Shown here piece after piece: positions 51,397 to 64,000 of a stretch of DNA of 64,000 nucleotides. The translations under genes were made by a program, and so were the position numbers. The stretch is from Haliotis cracherodii (Eukaryota), in the NCBI RefSeq assembly GCF_022045235.1, contig NW_027266271.1, positions 12,586,001-12,650,000 of the forward strand. The letters run 5' to 3'. The notes below the pieces were generated by a model. That model searched no databases. It was not told the DNA's origin and was given only the letters and a program-made list of their open reading frames with translations. Each line of letters begins with the position of its first letter. The stretch's first letter is position 1.

Positions 51397-52736
51397 TATA
51401 CTCAACAACAAAAGTTCCTGTGACACCAATATTTTAGTGTATTTTTCAAACAAGTAAAGCTTGGTTTTCAATATTGTAGTACAATGTACATGTATGGAAT
51501 CAAGTCACAAAAACGCAACTGCTACAGAAAAGCATGCATTCCATGCAAAAGTTGACTTTTATGCAAGCCCCATGCATTTCACTGTCCAAGAATGGGTATA
51601 TAAACGTGCGTTAACGGGATTCCATATGCATTGTTTAGCATCGTGCTGAAAAATTACGCAATTATTCAACATTACGAAATGCCATGCCTGTCCGAAAATG
51701 AGCGTCTGCGAGCCATTGGTATTCTTGAAGCAGGATCGAGTCAACGTGATGTTGCAAGACAATATAACGTCCACAGAAACACCATGTGGTGTTTATTGCA
51801 ACGTTGACAACAGTCGAATGCAGTCAGAGACCATCCTCGGAGTGACAGGCCACGCGTAACCAATAAGCGACAAGACAAGAATCCACCGTCAAACACGTCT
51901 ACAGTGGTGCAGACAGCATCTACGCTGGACGACCATGCAGTGGGGACAAGTTCTATTCACTGACGGGTCTCGTTTTCACCTCAGCCACAGCGATGGACGG
52001 ATTCGAGTGTATCGACGTCGAGGTGAACGTTACGTCAATCATTGTGTCATGGAGGAAGATCGGTTCGGGGCGGCAGCGTTATGGAATGTGGTGGGATTAC
52101 AGCAAGAAAGAGGACCCGTTTGATAGTGATAGAGGGAAATCCTAATGGACAGAGCTACTGCGACGAGATCATCGGCCCTGTTGTTCTACCGTTTTTGCGT
52201 CGTCATGGCCCAGGCATTACATTTCAACGTGACAACGCCCCGCCTCATATTGCTCGACTTGTTCAGGATTCCCTTCAACAAAACAACGTGAATATCATTC
52301 CCTGGCCGGCTCGCTCCCCTGATCTCTCACCAATAGAGCACTTGTGGGGTGAGATGGATCGGCGCCTTCGACGTCATCCACGTGTTCCACAGACACTCCA
52401 GGAACTTCGAAACATGCTCCAGCAGATATGGACAGATATCCCACAGGACTTTGTGCGACGCCTGGTCCATTCCATGAGACGAAGATGTGTTGCTTGCATC
52501 GCAACCAGAGGTGGACACACACGCTATTGATTTGTAAATTGACATTTTGGCATGTTCATGTTTTTTGTGTGAAATCACGCATTTTCTGAAGTCAGTATGG
52601 CAAATTAAACCGTTTGAACACGTACAGGAGTCTTTTATCTATTGCAAACCGAAATTGTTTCAGATTTGGTTAAAAACTTAACTTTAAATGCATTAAATCT
52701 TATTCAGTGTCAAAGGAACTTTTGTAGTTCAGTATA
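51397..52736 (+). mobile_element. Tc1-family DNA transposon, same family as 3595-5078, internally deleted
   Basis: Same TIRs; ORF 52042-52530 has FQRDNAPPH, WPARSPDLSPIEHLW and GGHTRY; absent from the paralogous spacer near 31.2 kb. Confidence 0.9.
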
Positions 52737-54209
52737 TATCGTAAGGATGCTATATCCAGCAATATCATAAATCTTTGGACTAGACACAACACATTTGCAT
52801 GCCATATAGTTTGAATAAAAAACCTTTAATTACATTACTCTGAGACATGAATTTCCCTAGTTTTATTCATATGGAGCTACAAATAGCCGACAATACAATG
52901 TATAGAGCATAGGTGACCCAGTGGCCTAAGGCGCCGCAATTGGTTGATTAGAGTTGCGTTCCTTAGACGTTCAAAGATCCACTCATCAAGGATTTATACC
53001 CCAATGATCCTTCGTTTTTTAGGGAAAGGTAAAGACCGACCAGACTGGATTTCCTCTCGCTTTTAACAGTATTCCAGTTATATCAAGGTGTGTCAGCTAA
53101 ATGTGAGAGGAAAGCCCGAAGATTTTCATTTTCATCTCCCTGGGGAATATACAACCCGAGCTGCCTATGAGGCGCTAGAAGGTTACCATCTCATCCTACC
53201 GGGTACCCACTCACTGCTGGGTGAACAAAGGCACATTTTGAACTTGCCTGAGGAGACTCCACATGTGCTGCATGTGCTTCAGGGCCGAAGCCTTTGAAAA
53301 ATCTCAGGAGTCAAGCTGACGTGGTTACCCATCCAACTACTCTCTTTGTTACCCATCCTCTACTCTATTGTTGTTCTAACTACTCTCCGAGACCGACGTT
53401 GCTTAACTTTCCCAAGCAAAGAAACGAGCCAATTGTCCAAACTGTACATTATAATATTGTTGTTCTGACTAACCTGACAGCTCTCCTTCATATTGTTGGG
53501 ATACATGTAGGTTTGCTGTCACTCTTCACTTTATCCTTCACGCTAGCCAGGAACCTGTCCACTAGTACTTCTTGATTCGTTCGGAAGGTGGTTGTGGATC
53601 AGTCTGTATGTGGTGATGAGGCGATGCTAGGTGTTGATGTAGGCCGGACAAGTAGAAACACATTCCCAATGTATATTTGCAACTCATCTCGTCTTCTCTT
53701 AACTCGGAACTTCTGGTCCTAGAATGCAAGACACTACATTAGTCAGCGCCAAATATGCAGGTCTACAGGATGCTCTTTATACTGTTACAGAGAGTTCATA
53801 TGACCGGAGATTAACTTACAATGCCAATAAAAGCCACAACGTTATATTCATTAGATTGAATTCCCAACATAATCCCTTCAAATTTCAGCTGGGTAGTGAT
53901 CCTATTGCAACATCCGATAGTGTAACATATAGGGTAGTCATTCTAAACATTGCACTACTTGTACAAATATGATGGCGCGATGTTGCCAAAACGCAAGACG
54001 CACAGTAAGCTCAGTCAAGTCGCTTGGATGTTGCATGTTTTAAAATATGGCACCGAATAGTTCTCTCTACTATTGTTTATGTGTGTGAGCTGTTAAGCGG
54101 CATACACGGTAAAGATACTATTTAGATAGAGAATACTTAACGGCACTTTGCAAGGGTCATTCAAGCTGTAGACCAATAATAATCAACTGATTCAACCATA
54201 GCGAATCTA

Positions 54210-54374
54210 NNNNNNNNNNNNNNNNNNNNNNNNNNNNNNNNNNNNNNNNNNNNNNNNNNNNNNNNNNNNNNNNNNNNNNNNNNNNNNNNNNNNNNNNNNN
54301 NNNNNNNNNNNNNNNNNNNNNNNNNNNNNNNNNNNNNNNNNNNNNNNNNNNNNNNNNNNNNNNNNNNNNNNNNN
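54210..54374. other. Assembly gap (N run)
   Basis: Run of n. Confidence 1.
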
Positions 54375-56248
54375 CCTCGGACGAGTGTGTACAAACCCAT
54401 TCAACGAAACATATTATATGTGTATACTAAGCCTCAGATAACTGGATGAAGCCAAATGTACAGTAAGAATAACACATAGCACACAGGTGATGTACAGCTG
54501 GATTAAATGATTAAACAGCTGTGACAAACTGATTGGATCCTTATTAAAACAGTCTATTGCTTGATAAGATCCACATTAGCAGACGAAATGTAATACTACA
54601 TAATATATAATCTCATCTGCAAATGAGTGTTTTTTTTTATCAAAAACATTCGCCAAATTTTAGTATTATCGACATCATGTAACCGTATGGACAAAACTTT
54701 GACTGAAACATTTTCCCTTCCTCCATACTACATGACAATTTATAGCCAAACTATTGCTGTTTATCCCATTTTATTTGGCCAGACAGTGCGTTCAGATAGC
54801 TTTAATAGGGCTCTGATAATAACGGCTATTTGTTTTTAATCTGCTTCAATGCATGTGAGTATATACAGGGCGCTATAATCAATAATCTTCCCTGTTATTT
54901 CTGTGACATCTTGTTCCTGGTTAGATTGACACATCCTAAGGGTGTTTGTGTGTACTCCTTTATGAAAACTTCACTAAATGGTTTACAATAAGAATAATAT
55001 TTTGCCCCCATGAAACCTGAATAATTAGCAGTAATGAAGCCAACCACGCCAGTCTTACTTGCTACAATCATATTTGCAGTTTAAGAAACACTGTTGAAAT
55101 GAAGTGACTTGTTTCATATCTGTAAATGCGTCCTCAATTTGTAGGCGGCAAATTCTTAGGTCAATATGTCAATCGTTATTTTTTACATTCAAAACCTTGT
55201 GACTGCATAGCCTGATTATTGAAACTGTATATTGAGATACATCGCGTAAGTTAGTTTTTTAGATATCGAGTGGCACTGGGCTAACTGAAGTTTAATGTCA
55301 CACTGAATTATTCATGCACTTTTACAAACAAAATATGATACCGGAAGCAATTGCATCAAAACGTTTTACTAACGTATCGAGAGTACTTGTGGTGTTAATT
55401 CGTGTTTTATCTCAGTCCACAACTTGTAAACCTTGCTCATTGAAACTGTATATTGAGATCAATCCTGTCAGTTTGGGAAAACTAAAGCTATGAAAGCAAC
55501 ATTTTCTTGTTGCGCTAGGACTGAATCACTCTAGAGTGACCTGATCCTAGAACTGACATACCCTATTTACATATATACATAAATATATAGACATGTGCAT
55601 ATCTACAGTAAGTAATTTACAGTTAAACAAACGATAGACAATATTTTGAATAGCGGTATCTAGCGGTAAAATATTTCTTTGATACTATACTAGTTGTTGT
55701 ACTGTCCTCAGTTGACAGGTCTTAGCTATATAGAAGTATATGGCGGCAATATTATAGATGCGAAGATTCACACGAATTGTCCGATCCTTGGGGTTGAGAT
55801 TCTTTAACATTCAATTTGCTCAGTATACAAGAAGAAAAAGTAATTATTCAATTTCTATTTCCTGAAAAATCTTATCGAATTTGCAGGTGGGCCATCCGTT
55901 GACTCACTTAAATAGGATAGCATTGACTTTAATATTTCCTTAAAATAAACAACAACAAAAACAAAACTGGAATGAATACACATGAAATAATTCATTTGCA
56001 TTTGGCTCATAATATTAGCAAACCTTTCCTTAGGGAAACCGAAGTCACACTACATCCGGGTACATTTTCGACAACGAAAAGAAACTATTCAGCAATGAAA
56101 CATTCATATGAATATTCAACCAAAAACTAAATGAAACTTCCTCGAAACACACCATGGTGTAACGACTTCATTTTGTCGTTCATTGCCTCCAAGTAATCAA
56201 CATACGGTCTGGCTACAAAGAACACATATTACACTGACGTTACCAAAA

Positions 56249-59200
56249 ATGTCGTCTGAATTCAGATCAACTTCTCATCATGAACTCGGTCATCATGAAA
56301 TTACCCGTACCCCTGACGGACAAGATATCCTGGATGAAAACAGTCCTGCTGAGCACGTATCCGTTGACGAAACGAAATCTACTACCGATAGTAATCCAGG
56401 TTCTGTTGAATATCACTACATTGACGACGTCAACCCAGCTTCTGCCTTTGAAGAAAGACAATCGGAAGTTGATGATGACTATGAATGCATTGCTGACACC
56501 AACCCTGCGTATGATTACCTTGAAGCAATAAACGAGCCACGTACGGTAAGAGTTGAAATCGCATGTTTTTATGGCACTGGTTACAAAGTTTATTTAAGGA
56601 TTCACTGACTTTGTTTCGGTTCATTTGGGAGATCAACGTCAGAATTGTTTAGATTTGTGGGTTTCATTGAATATTCGATGGCAGGATATTTCATTTGAAA
56701 CACTTGAATTGCCTTTGCATGTGTTTGTGACGGGTGCCGGTTTGTGTGCCAGTGATATTATCTGAATCAATCCATCATGACCTCTGCAGGGATTTCTTCT
56801 GTTTCATTCACCCTCTCATTGCATGTTCTTAATTAATCATGTTCTCGTGCATTTCTTCTTCGTATGTAACATAGCACTTCATTTATATTGCATACATAAT
56901 ACTAAAATACGAACAACTTCAATTCAATTTGTATGCGGAAACAACTACGTCATGAAAAGTGGTCATAAGAGATATTTCATTCATAAGCCCACATTTGCTA
57001 GCCAATCTAAACATAACCTATATTACAATATTAAAGAAGTTATTATCCATAAATTGTGTCTACTTTGTCATCCGTCAACTTCTAGGTAATGCTTATCAAA
57101 CAATTCAATCTAAACATAACACAAATATAAGAAGAAATCCAGTTTGCTTTAAGAACGGAACCAAAACAGAGAAACAGAAGGAAACCAGTGTGTCGCAATG
57201 TCATCACTGACATAGTACAAATATTAATATGTTATTTCTTGGTTATTTCAGCCTGCATCGAGGAACAGTGCTGTAGATAAGTGTAAGAAGACCATGCTTT
57301 TTCTTGGTCCAATATTTGCCAGTGTGACAGTGAACATCATAGCTGGGTTCTTCTATTCCTTCCCGTTTCTTGTCCCTGTCATCTCAAGAAGAGCATTCAG
57401 TGAAGGGACGGACCCGGACGTTAAAATCCCAAACATATATTGGGCGTGTTCTGGACTGGCAGGTATATTAAGATGAATGAGTGGTTATGGCTGATGCCGC
57501 TTTATGCAATTGTTCAGCAATGCAATAGCACGGCGGGGGACATCTATCAGAAATGGGATACACACATTGTACCCGTGTGGGGGAATCGAACCCGGGACAT
57601 TGGATTGACGAGTGAGCGCTTTATTCACCGTCCCAATTACGAATTGGTCCCTTTAAGCTAAATGAATCATGGTAACCAACCTCACATCTGTCTGTAATTT
57701 TCAATGTCAATAGACAGGGATTGTATATTGCCAAATGTTTACATATATATAGTGAAACTTTATATTGCACATATGTGGTGTATTTCAGCTGCTTCCTGTG
57801 CGCCGCTTATGATCAAATGCGGCTTTCGGAAGGTCGCTCTGGGCGGAAGTGTTCTACTCAACTTTTATAGTATCTTGTCGCCGTTGTCAACCACAGGCGA
57901 TATCCTGACTATCATATTAAACGTCATGGGAGGATAGTCCAAATCCTTAAATGTTTTTCAAATGGAACCATGTAGAGCTTGTTTAACTTTCCAGATACAA
58001 ACCTCACACAGCCAAGACAAAGGCTAAGAATAAATTCAACTTAACACACAAGCGATCTCTTCTTGAACATTTTGTTTTAGGCCTAACTTGAGAATGTTAT
58101 ATGAACCGTACGTGTCATATGTGGATTACACAGTGATTCCTTGTGTTCACGGGGCGGTCAGGGAGCCTAGTGGTTAAAGCGTTCGCTCGTCACGCCGAAG
58201 ACCCGGGTTCGATTCCCGACATGGGTACAATGTGTGAAGCCCATTTCTGGTGTCCCCCGCCGTGATATTGCTGGAATCACTCACTCACTCACTCACTCAC
58301 TCTTTTATCTTCTGTTACAGTAAGTTGTCTGTGTCGACAAATATTCTGAACCTATGGACGGCTTTGAAAAGTTTAAGATATATAATTATGTGATGTACTA
58401 CAAAAGGGGTTCATAGCGCGATTGAAAAATTGTCTTAAACTATTTGACTTACGAGCGTATGTTTTATGAAATTTGTGTTAGGTTTTGCTGTTGGTCTTCT
58501 TCGGACGACTGGTGTCGTGGCTTCCTTGGACCATCTCTACACTCGCCCAGTTCTCGCTCTTATCACCAGCTACGCCAGCTTCCTCATTGGTGCTGTCAGC
58601 AGCAGCATCGTCTTGATTACTTGTAATTATCTAGACAGTAGACTGGATTGGTCTGACGCCATGTCTGTGTTTGCGATAACTGCTGTGATTGGACTTCTCG
58701 CTGGCAGCTTTCTGAAGAAGAATTTACAGACCCAGCAGAATGTGCCCAAGCTCTTCACATACCCACCGTTTTATTTTCTCATGTTGATAAGACTTGTGGC
58801 GTCTTTGGGTATGTTTAGTCAAATTTACAATGAATTTCTAAACTTTAATCAGGGTGCTGGGTGAACCTGTGCGTTTCAAATCGTCCCTTATCAGCCACAA
58901 CCCACTCGTCGCTGGTTCGAAAAGCAGAATCCTCCCACCTTAAACCTTGAATGAATGTCTGATCTTGACATTGACCATGGTATTTGTAATGAATTTGACA
59001 AATAACAGGGGTTGATAAAAGCAAATATTATTTGTCCTTATTGAATAGAAAAGTGTTCATATTACATTAAAATCTTTATTTACAAGAAACTTATCGGTCC
59101 CTAATCTTGAGAAGACTTTACAGAAACGGGTCTAGTACATTTAGCTACTGCGTAATATGGCCTAGTCACGTAATTCACAGTAGTGTGTTATAAGCATATA

Positions 59201-61734
59201 GGACAGTTGTTCAGTGTAGGCTAAAAACACTGATGGATCTTTTTCTGTCTTACAGGGTTGTCATTCGCTCAACCACCATTCATAATCATACATTCTGCAA
59301 GGGTTTACCTGCCTCTCCTCACCTTCTTCGGTCAGTTTATCGCGCTGATTGTTCTGCTGATCATCCAAAAGTTCATGAAGGAATGTCCGAAAAAGTCAGC
59401 TCTTCTATTGATGGGGATACCGATCCTAGCTACTGGCCTTGTCACCATGGTCCACAAGTTGGTTTTTGGCAGTTTGGGGTTTGTTGCGGTCTTTTTCGTC
59501 ATGCTTGGAGCTGTCAATGGTGGGTAAACCAGTGAGTGTACTCTATGCACGCACTAAGTTTTCATTAGTTTGAGGGGGCAGGGGTGGCACAGTTGTGTAT
59601 GTCACCGTAATATGCCGTGCAGAATAGCGCCCAGAAAACTGTGATCATAGGTACGAATTCCAGATTCGCCTTCACTGTGGGTCTAGGTTTGTTAGCACCA
59701 TCCAGAGCTTATGAGTTTCACCAAAGAGGAAAACATCTAACACCTGCATCACATCGGTGGTGAGTGAGTAAATGAGTGACTGATTGAGTTGGGTTGAACG
59801 CCGCTTTTAACAGTATTCCGGCTATATCACGGCGTGTCAGCTTAATGTGGGAGGAAAGCCCGAAGTGATGCAGGTCTCAGGCGTTTACCACTTCGGTGAA
59901 ACCCACGAGCACGGGTATGGTGCTGACAAACCTAGAAACATAATCTGGGCGAACCGAGATTCGAACCCACATTCAAAGGGACGCAAGTCTGTACAGCGAA
60001 TCACGGAGCCTTAGACGACTGGGCCACTCGTGCCCCCTCCTTTTACATGAAGCTGACACACTGTGAAATACTGTTCCCAACAACATTAAACCCATCTCGC
60101 TGTCCAGGCTGATAACCTGAGACCTGCATAACTTCTGTTATACCCCACATCACGCAGACTCGCCGTGATACATAAACTGTTTAAAGCGATGTAAACTGTA
60201 AATCACTCACTCGCACTTTAGTTCTATTGTGCGATGTCTCGTTTATACTGTCATGTGTTTGTCTAAAAATAATCACATAAGTAAATGAAGACTTACATCT
60301 TGAGATTTGTATAAATATTCCAGTACTCTCTAAAGTAATGATACACCTAGCGTTGGTCCACACCACGGGTAGAAGCAACTTGAAACTGGCCCTCCCAGTG
60401 CTTGGCTGCTTTGAGGAGATAGGGGGTCTTATCGGCAACTCCATCATTGGTAGGTAGTGTTCTGTGTTTCTTCAGCGTCAGTTACGTAAACTTGTAAAAC
60501 ATGAACCAGTGTCAAAATGACAGGGTCAACATAAAGCCAACACTGATACACTATCGACACACAATACTGTCTGTACTATATGAACAATGTATTGTATTTA
60601 TTAACCTTCATGTGGATACTGTGGATAATACACACTTCTGAAAAGAAATGAGTTTAAGTTTCAATCATAGATGAACAGCCACAGAGAAAATTATATCTAC
60701 AGTATCACTGCTTGATTTTGAAAAATGGTATATTTCCTGTGTCCATGTAGTCCATCATAAATACCATGACCCCTGCCACTGACAATGAAGGGCAGTAAGT
60801 AGAAAATCATTAGCAATCCTTTTTTGTTAACATGAATACTGATCCTTCCTTCGACCTTTTACAAAGTACTGGTACAGCATAACTCAACTGTGGATAGTGT
60901 GATTTCAGGCTTATTTAGAGATGTTACTTATTCATTATCTTAGTTTAAGATGTACGTATGATATTCAAAACTCTTTCAGAATTATCATCCTTTCTATCCA
61001 GCGTGTTGCAGGAGAGCTTCTGTAGGTGCTCCAGTAGAATAATACTGTAGACTTAACTTTACAGCTTACGGTACTTTCTCTTTCGAAGGACACTTATTCA
61101 TGGTTTGTGTGCTATTTGTCTGGGAGACTTGTAAGTGTCACATCAGTCTTCCAGAGTTATTTAAGTGCATCCATTATGGAGCCGGCTCGGCACGTTATAT
61201 TTCTGAAATATAGGCCATCGCTACGGCTCAATATGTATTTTAAAATCTATCTCTTTCTTTTACCATCCAAATCTTGATGTATATTTGACGTACAATGAAA
61301 ATGGTAAAAGTTGCTGGGATTATTTTATTAAAATCAGAATAATATATTTTAATAATAATGTTAACACGTCACGCCTGGATAATACAAGCTACACATAGGT
61401 GATCCGCGAAATATATAAACTAACTCAATCCATAAAAGGTATGAAAGACCCAAAACGCTCACCACACCAAATCTGTAAGGTTCACTTACAGGAACAAATT
61501 ATACATCTTTTTTTTGTTACATGGATCAAACATGACCACTTTTAGTTAAGGATTCTGGTTGTGTTTGTCATTTCAGCAAAATTCATACAAGGAACATCTT
61601 TAGCGAATGGAGGCATATATTTTGCTGGAGTGTCCATGGGCCTTACGGGAGTTGGTGCCATCGCTGCATGGGTGCTGATGAAACAATGGCCCAATCTGAG
61701 TGATGAGGCTGTCGAGAACACCGGCGAGGAGTGA
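56249..61734 (+). CDS. Gene D: SLC16-like MFS transporter with an A-type body and an ITIM/ITAM-like tail, 508 aa if spliced; intron-3 donor is GA, so possibly a pseudogene
   Basis: Exons 56249-56545, 57252-57462, 57789-57932, 58482-58808, 59256-59519, 60324-60449, 61577-61734. All exons are open and in phase, but exon 3 ends GGAG|GATAGT where gene A has GGAG|GTATGT. Confidence 0.7.
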
Positions 61735-62875
61735 GATCATCCTGGTGTGGAGGAGACAGATGACAGTGTGTGTGGAAGACATGGCACGAGGAATGCGGCA
61801 GAGGATCCTGGCAATTGATGCACCTGTAAAAGAATAACCTGGTGTTGCACGATTTGTTTTTCGATAGAAACACTGGTTCGCTCGTGAACTGCACAATTAT
61901 TATAACTATATCACGGATCAAAAGAAAACAACACTGGTGACAGTGTCGAAAATAGCAACGCCAGTATTATTTTCCCATATACTTATAAAACTACAGTGAA
62001 AACGAGAAATTATGATATTGACCTTTCAATGCATTTTGTTGTTTTCCGGCTGCGTTGATGGTTGTGGCTGTAATAAACAAACATTATCTGCCAAAACTTG
62101 TTTGAAATGATTTGTAACTGTAAGCCCTATGAGTATCTAGAGCGCTTTTTGTGTACATATGCTCAACGTCACTGGTATTTTGTACTGTAAATACCACTTT
62201 GAATGTTTGAATATTATTACCACTTTTCTGGCTTGAAACTATTGTCGTCTTACTTTTTCAGAAGCTCTTTTGATACATTGTATCGGGAACGTAGTCATGC
62301 TATTTTGTACTTGAGTTCATGTCAGAAAGGAAAATATTCCGTGTTATAATTTTTGTCTGATGCTGAGCCACATTAGATATTTTGCCACCATATACTTTTA
62401 ATCAGATGTTTTCTGTACTGGATATATCGCCTTGAATTAAAATGTTTTTCTTTCATATATGTAGATACTTATTTTCAGTTGACAAAGCACTTGGTATGAT
62501 TGTGTTTGTTTGTTGTTTAACGCCGCACTCAGCAATATTCCAGCTATATGACGGCGGTCTGTAAATAATCAAGTCTGGACCAGACAATCCAGTGATTGAC
62601 ATCATGAGCATCGATCCACGCAATTCGGATACAATGACGTGCATCAACCAAGTCAGCGAGCCTGACCACCCGATCCCGTAAATCGCCTCTTACGACAAGC
62701 ATAGTCGCTGTTTACGGCAAGCATTGGTTGCTGAAGACCTATTCTACCCCGGATCTTCACAGGTCTCTTGATATGACATACAATACCAATTACATTATAC
62801 GTGAAACACATCACATCTAGAAATAACGCACTTCGCCACATTACCACGTGACCCGTGAAGATCCGGGTTAGAATA

Positions 62876-63400
62876 TGTTGACGAGGTGTATGAAATCTGG
62901 TGTGTTCATGACGGCAGCTGGTGATGGTGTTATCCTTACGGAGTTCAGTCATGGCATGTCTCTCTTGGGTGGTGAGCTTTAGGTGTGGTTTGGGGGCTTT
63001 CTTGATGGTGTCTATAATCTGATGGCGGAGGTAGTCAATGTTGCCGTTTGGAGCCAGTTGTTGGAGGCGATGAAGTCATCTGTGTTGATCTTTGCACTGA
63101 CTGACTTGAGGTGTTTGACGAGGAGGAAGGTTCGTGCGGATGTGAGGGTCTTGCTGCTCAAATTAACTACAGTCTTGTTGTTGGTTTTTCGCCCTGGGGC
63201 TGGCTTCTGGGACATGGTTGTGGAGTGGGCGTTGTAGTTGAGTGAGCTTGTTGATGTGAGTGGACTTGATTTTCTCGTTGAGCTGGTGACGGCTGGTCTT
63301 GGCTAGGGACTGGGTCTTGTGGTACAGGTCAGGTTTGTGGATATCTTCTAGCTGTGGCCTTGCTGTCTCAATCTGCGTGTGGACACGGCATGTCTCTCGT
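62876..63400 (-). mobile_element. Penelope-like element N-terminal ORF fragment
   Basis: TVVNLSSKTLTSARTFLLVKHL resembles the PLE motif VVNLSxxxLTxxExxLLxKGL. Confidence 0.55.
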
Positions 63401-64000
63401 AAGAAATATTCGAGACAACAAGGTTGCCGGAAACGGCGCTTTCTCCACTTTGCTTTGTTTGGAGAATACAGCACGCCATGTAGTGCAGTCTCACGAAAGT
63501 TCCATAGCATGTACCTTTAAAGTTTGCGGAAGGACGAACGATGACCCGCTTAATGATGTTTAAATATTACCTGAAAGCATTTCTTTAAAATAAAATTCAT
63601 AACTTGAATGATCAGAATACATAAGTTACATACGTGAGAACAGTACGCCGCTGCGGGTTATTTTTGGTGATGATTTAATTAAAACCCGGTTTAGTTTATA
63701 TCGCTGGATATTTGTTCAAGATTTAAACATGATCAATATGAAGTAATGTGCGAGGCAACATGAGAAAAGAACCTTGGTTCGTATGGAATTTCAATCAGAT
63801 CTAGTTTCAAATTTTATTCGTCAATATTGTCGAATTCAGTTATTGACCAATGAGAAACTTAGTTTTCTGTATTGCGAACATAATCTTCCTGCAAGATGTA
63901 AGGCCACTTATTATGTGGCCTGACACGAAGGACCGCCTCCGTTGTCTAATGGTAGAGCGTCCGCCCGTCATACCAAAAGACGTTAAAAGATGGTACTTGT

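Larger units (their letters stand above)
17872..56740 (+). repeat. Tandem segmental duplication: unit 1 ~17.9-34.7 kb, unit 2 ~34.7-55.8 kb, plus a third copy of the S-exon block at ~55.8-57.3 kb
   Basis: Colinear near-identical blocks, e.g. 23400-28630 vs 41625-49030 and 31880-35740 vs 53410-56740. Confidence 0.9.

Noticed and set aside
63410-63905. Fourth copy of the duplication unit (similar to 38380-38990 and 20298-20450)
   Set aside because: Much more diverged than the duplication and without gene exons; more likely an independent copy of a dispersed repeat.

Overview
AT-rich, intron-containing animal genomic DNA with two N gaps. The SINE and Penelope families look like a marine mollusc, probably a gastropod such as abalone; this is an unverified inference. 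On the - strand at the left are the first two coding exons of PPCS, the second ending at a minor-spliceosome (U12)-type donor. Facing away from it on the + strand is a tandem array of four 7-exon, 12-TM major-facilitator (SLC16/MCT-like but strongly diverged) genes: A 9531-15249, B 23549-28501, C 41774-48903 and D 56249-61734. Two extra orphan copies of the first exon lie at 18280 and 35225. B, C, D and both orphan exons encode a ~100-aa acidic cytoplasmic N-tail ending in an ITAM-consensus YxxI-x6-YxxL/I motif, and some copies add an ITIM-consensus site. Gene A has a body closely related to D but a short Tyr-free first exon. The array appears to have grown by a ~17-21 kb duplication with a chimeric junction at ~35623-35638. 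Each duplicated unit carries a decayed Crypton/DUF3504 tyrosine-recombinase element whose hairpin end sits ~23 nt upstream of the B/C start codon. The rest is transposon debris (Tc1, pogo-type MITEs, Penelope, a Gmr1-like LTR fragment, LINE fragments, several SINE families), microsatellites and a young 45-bp minisatellite. All gene models were spliced by eye; no database searches were run.
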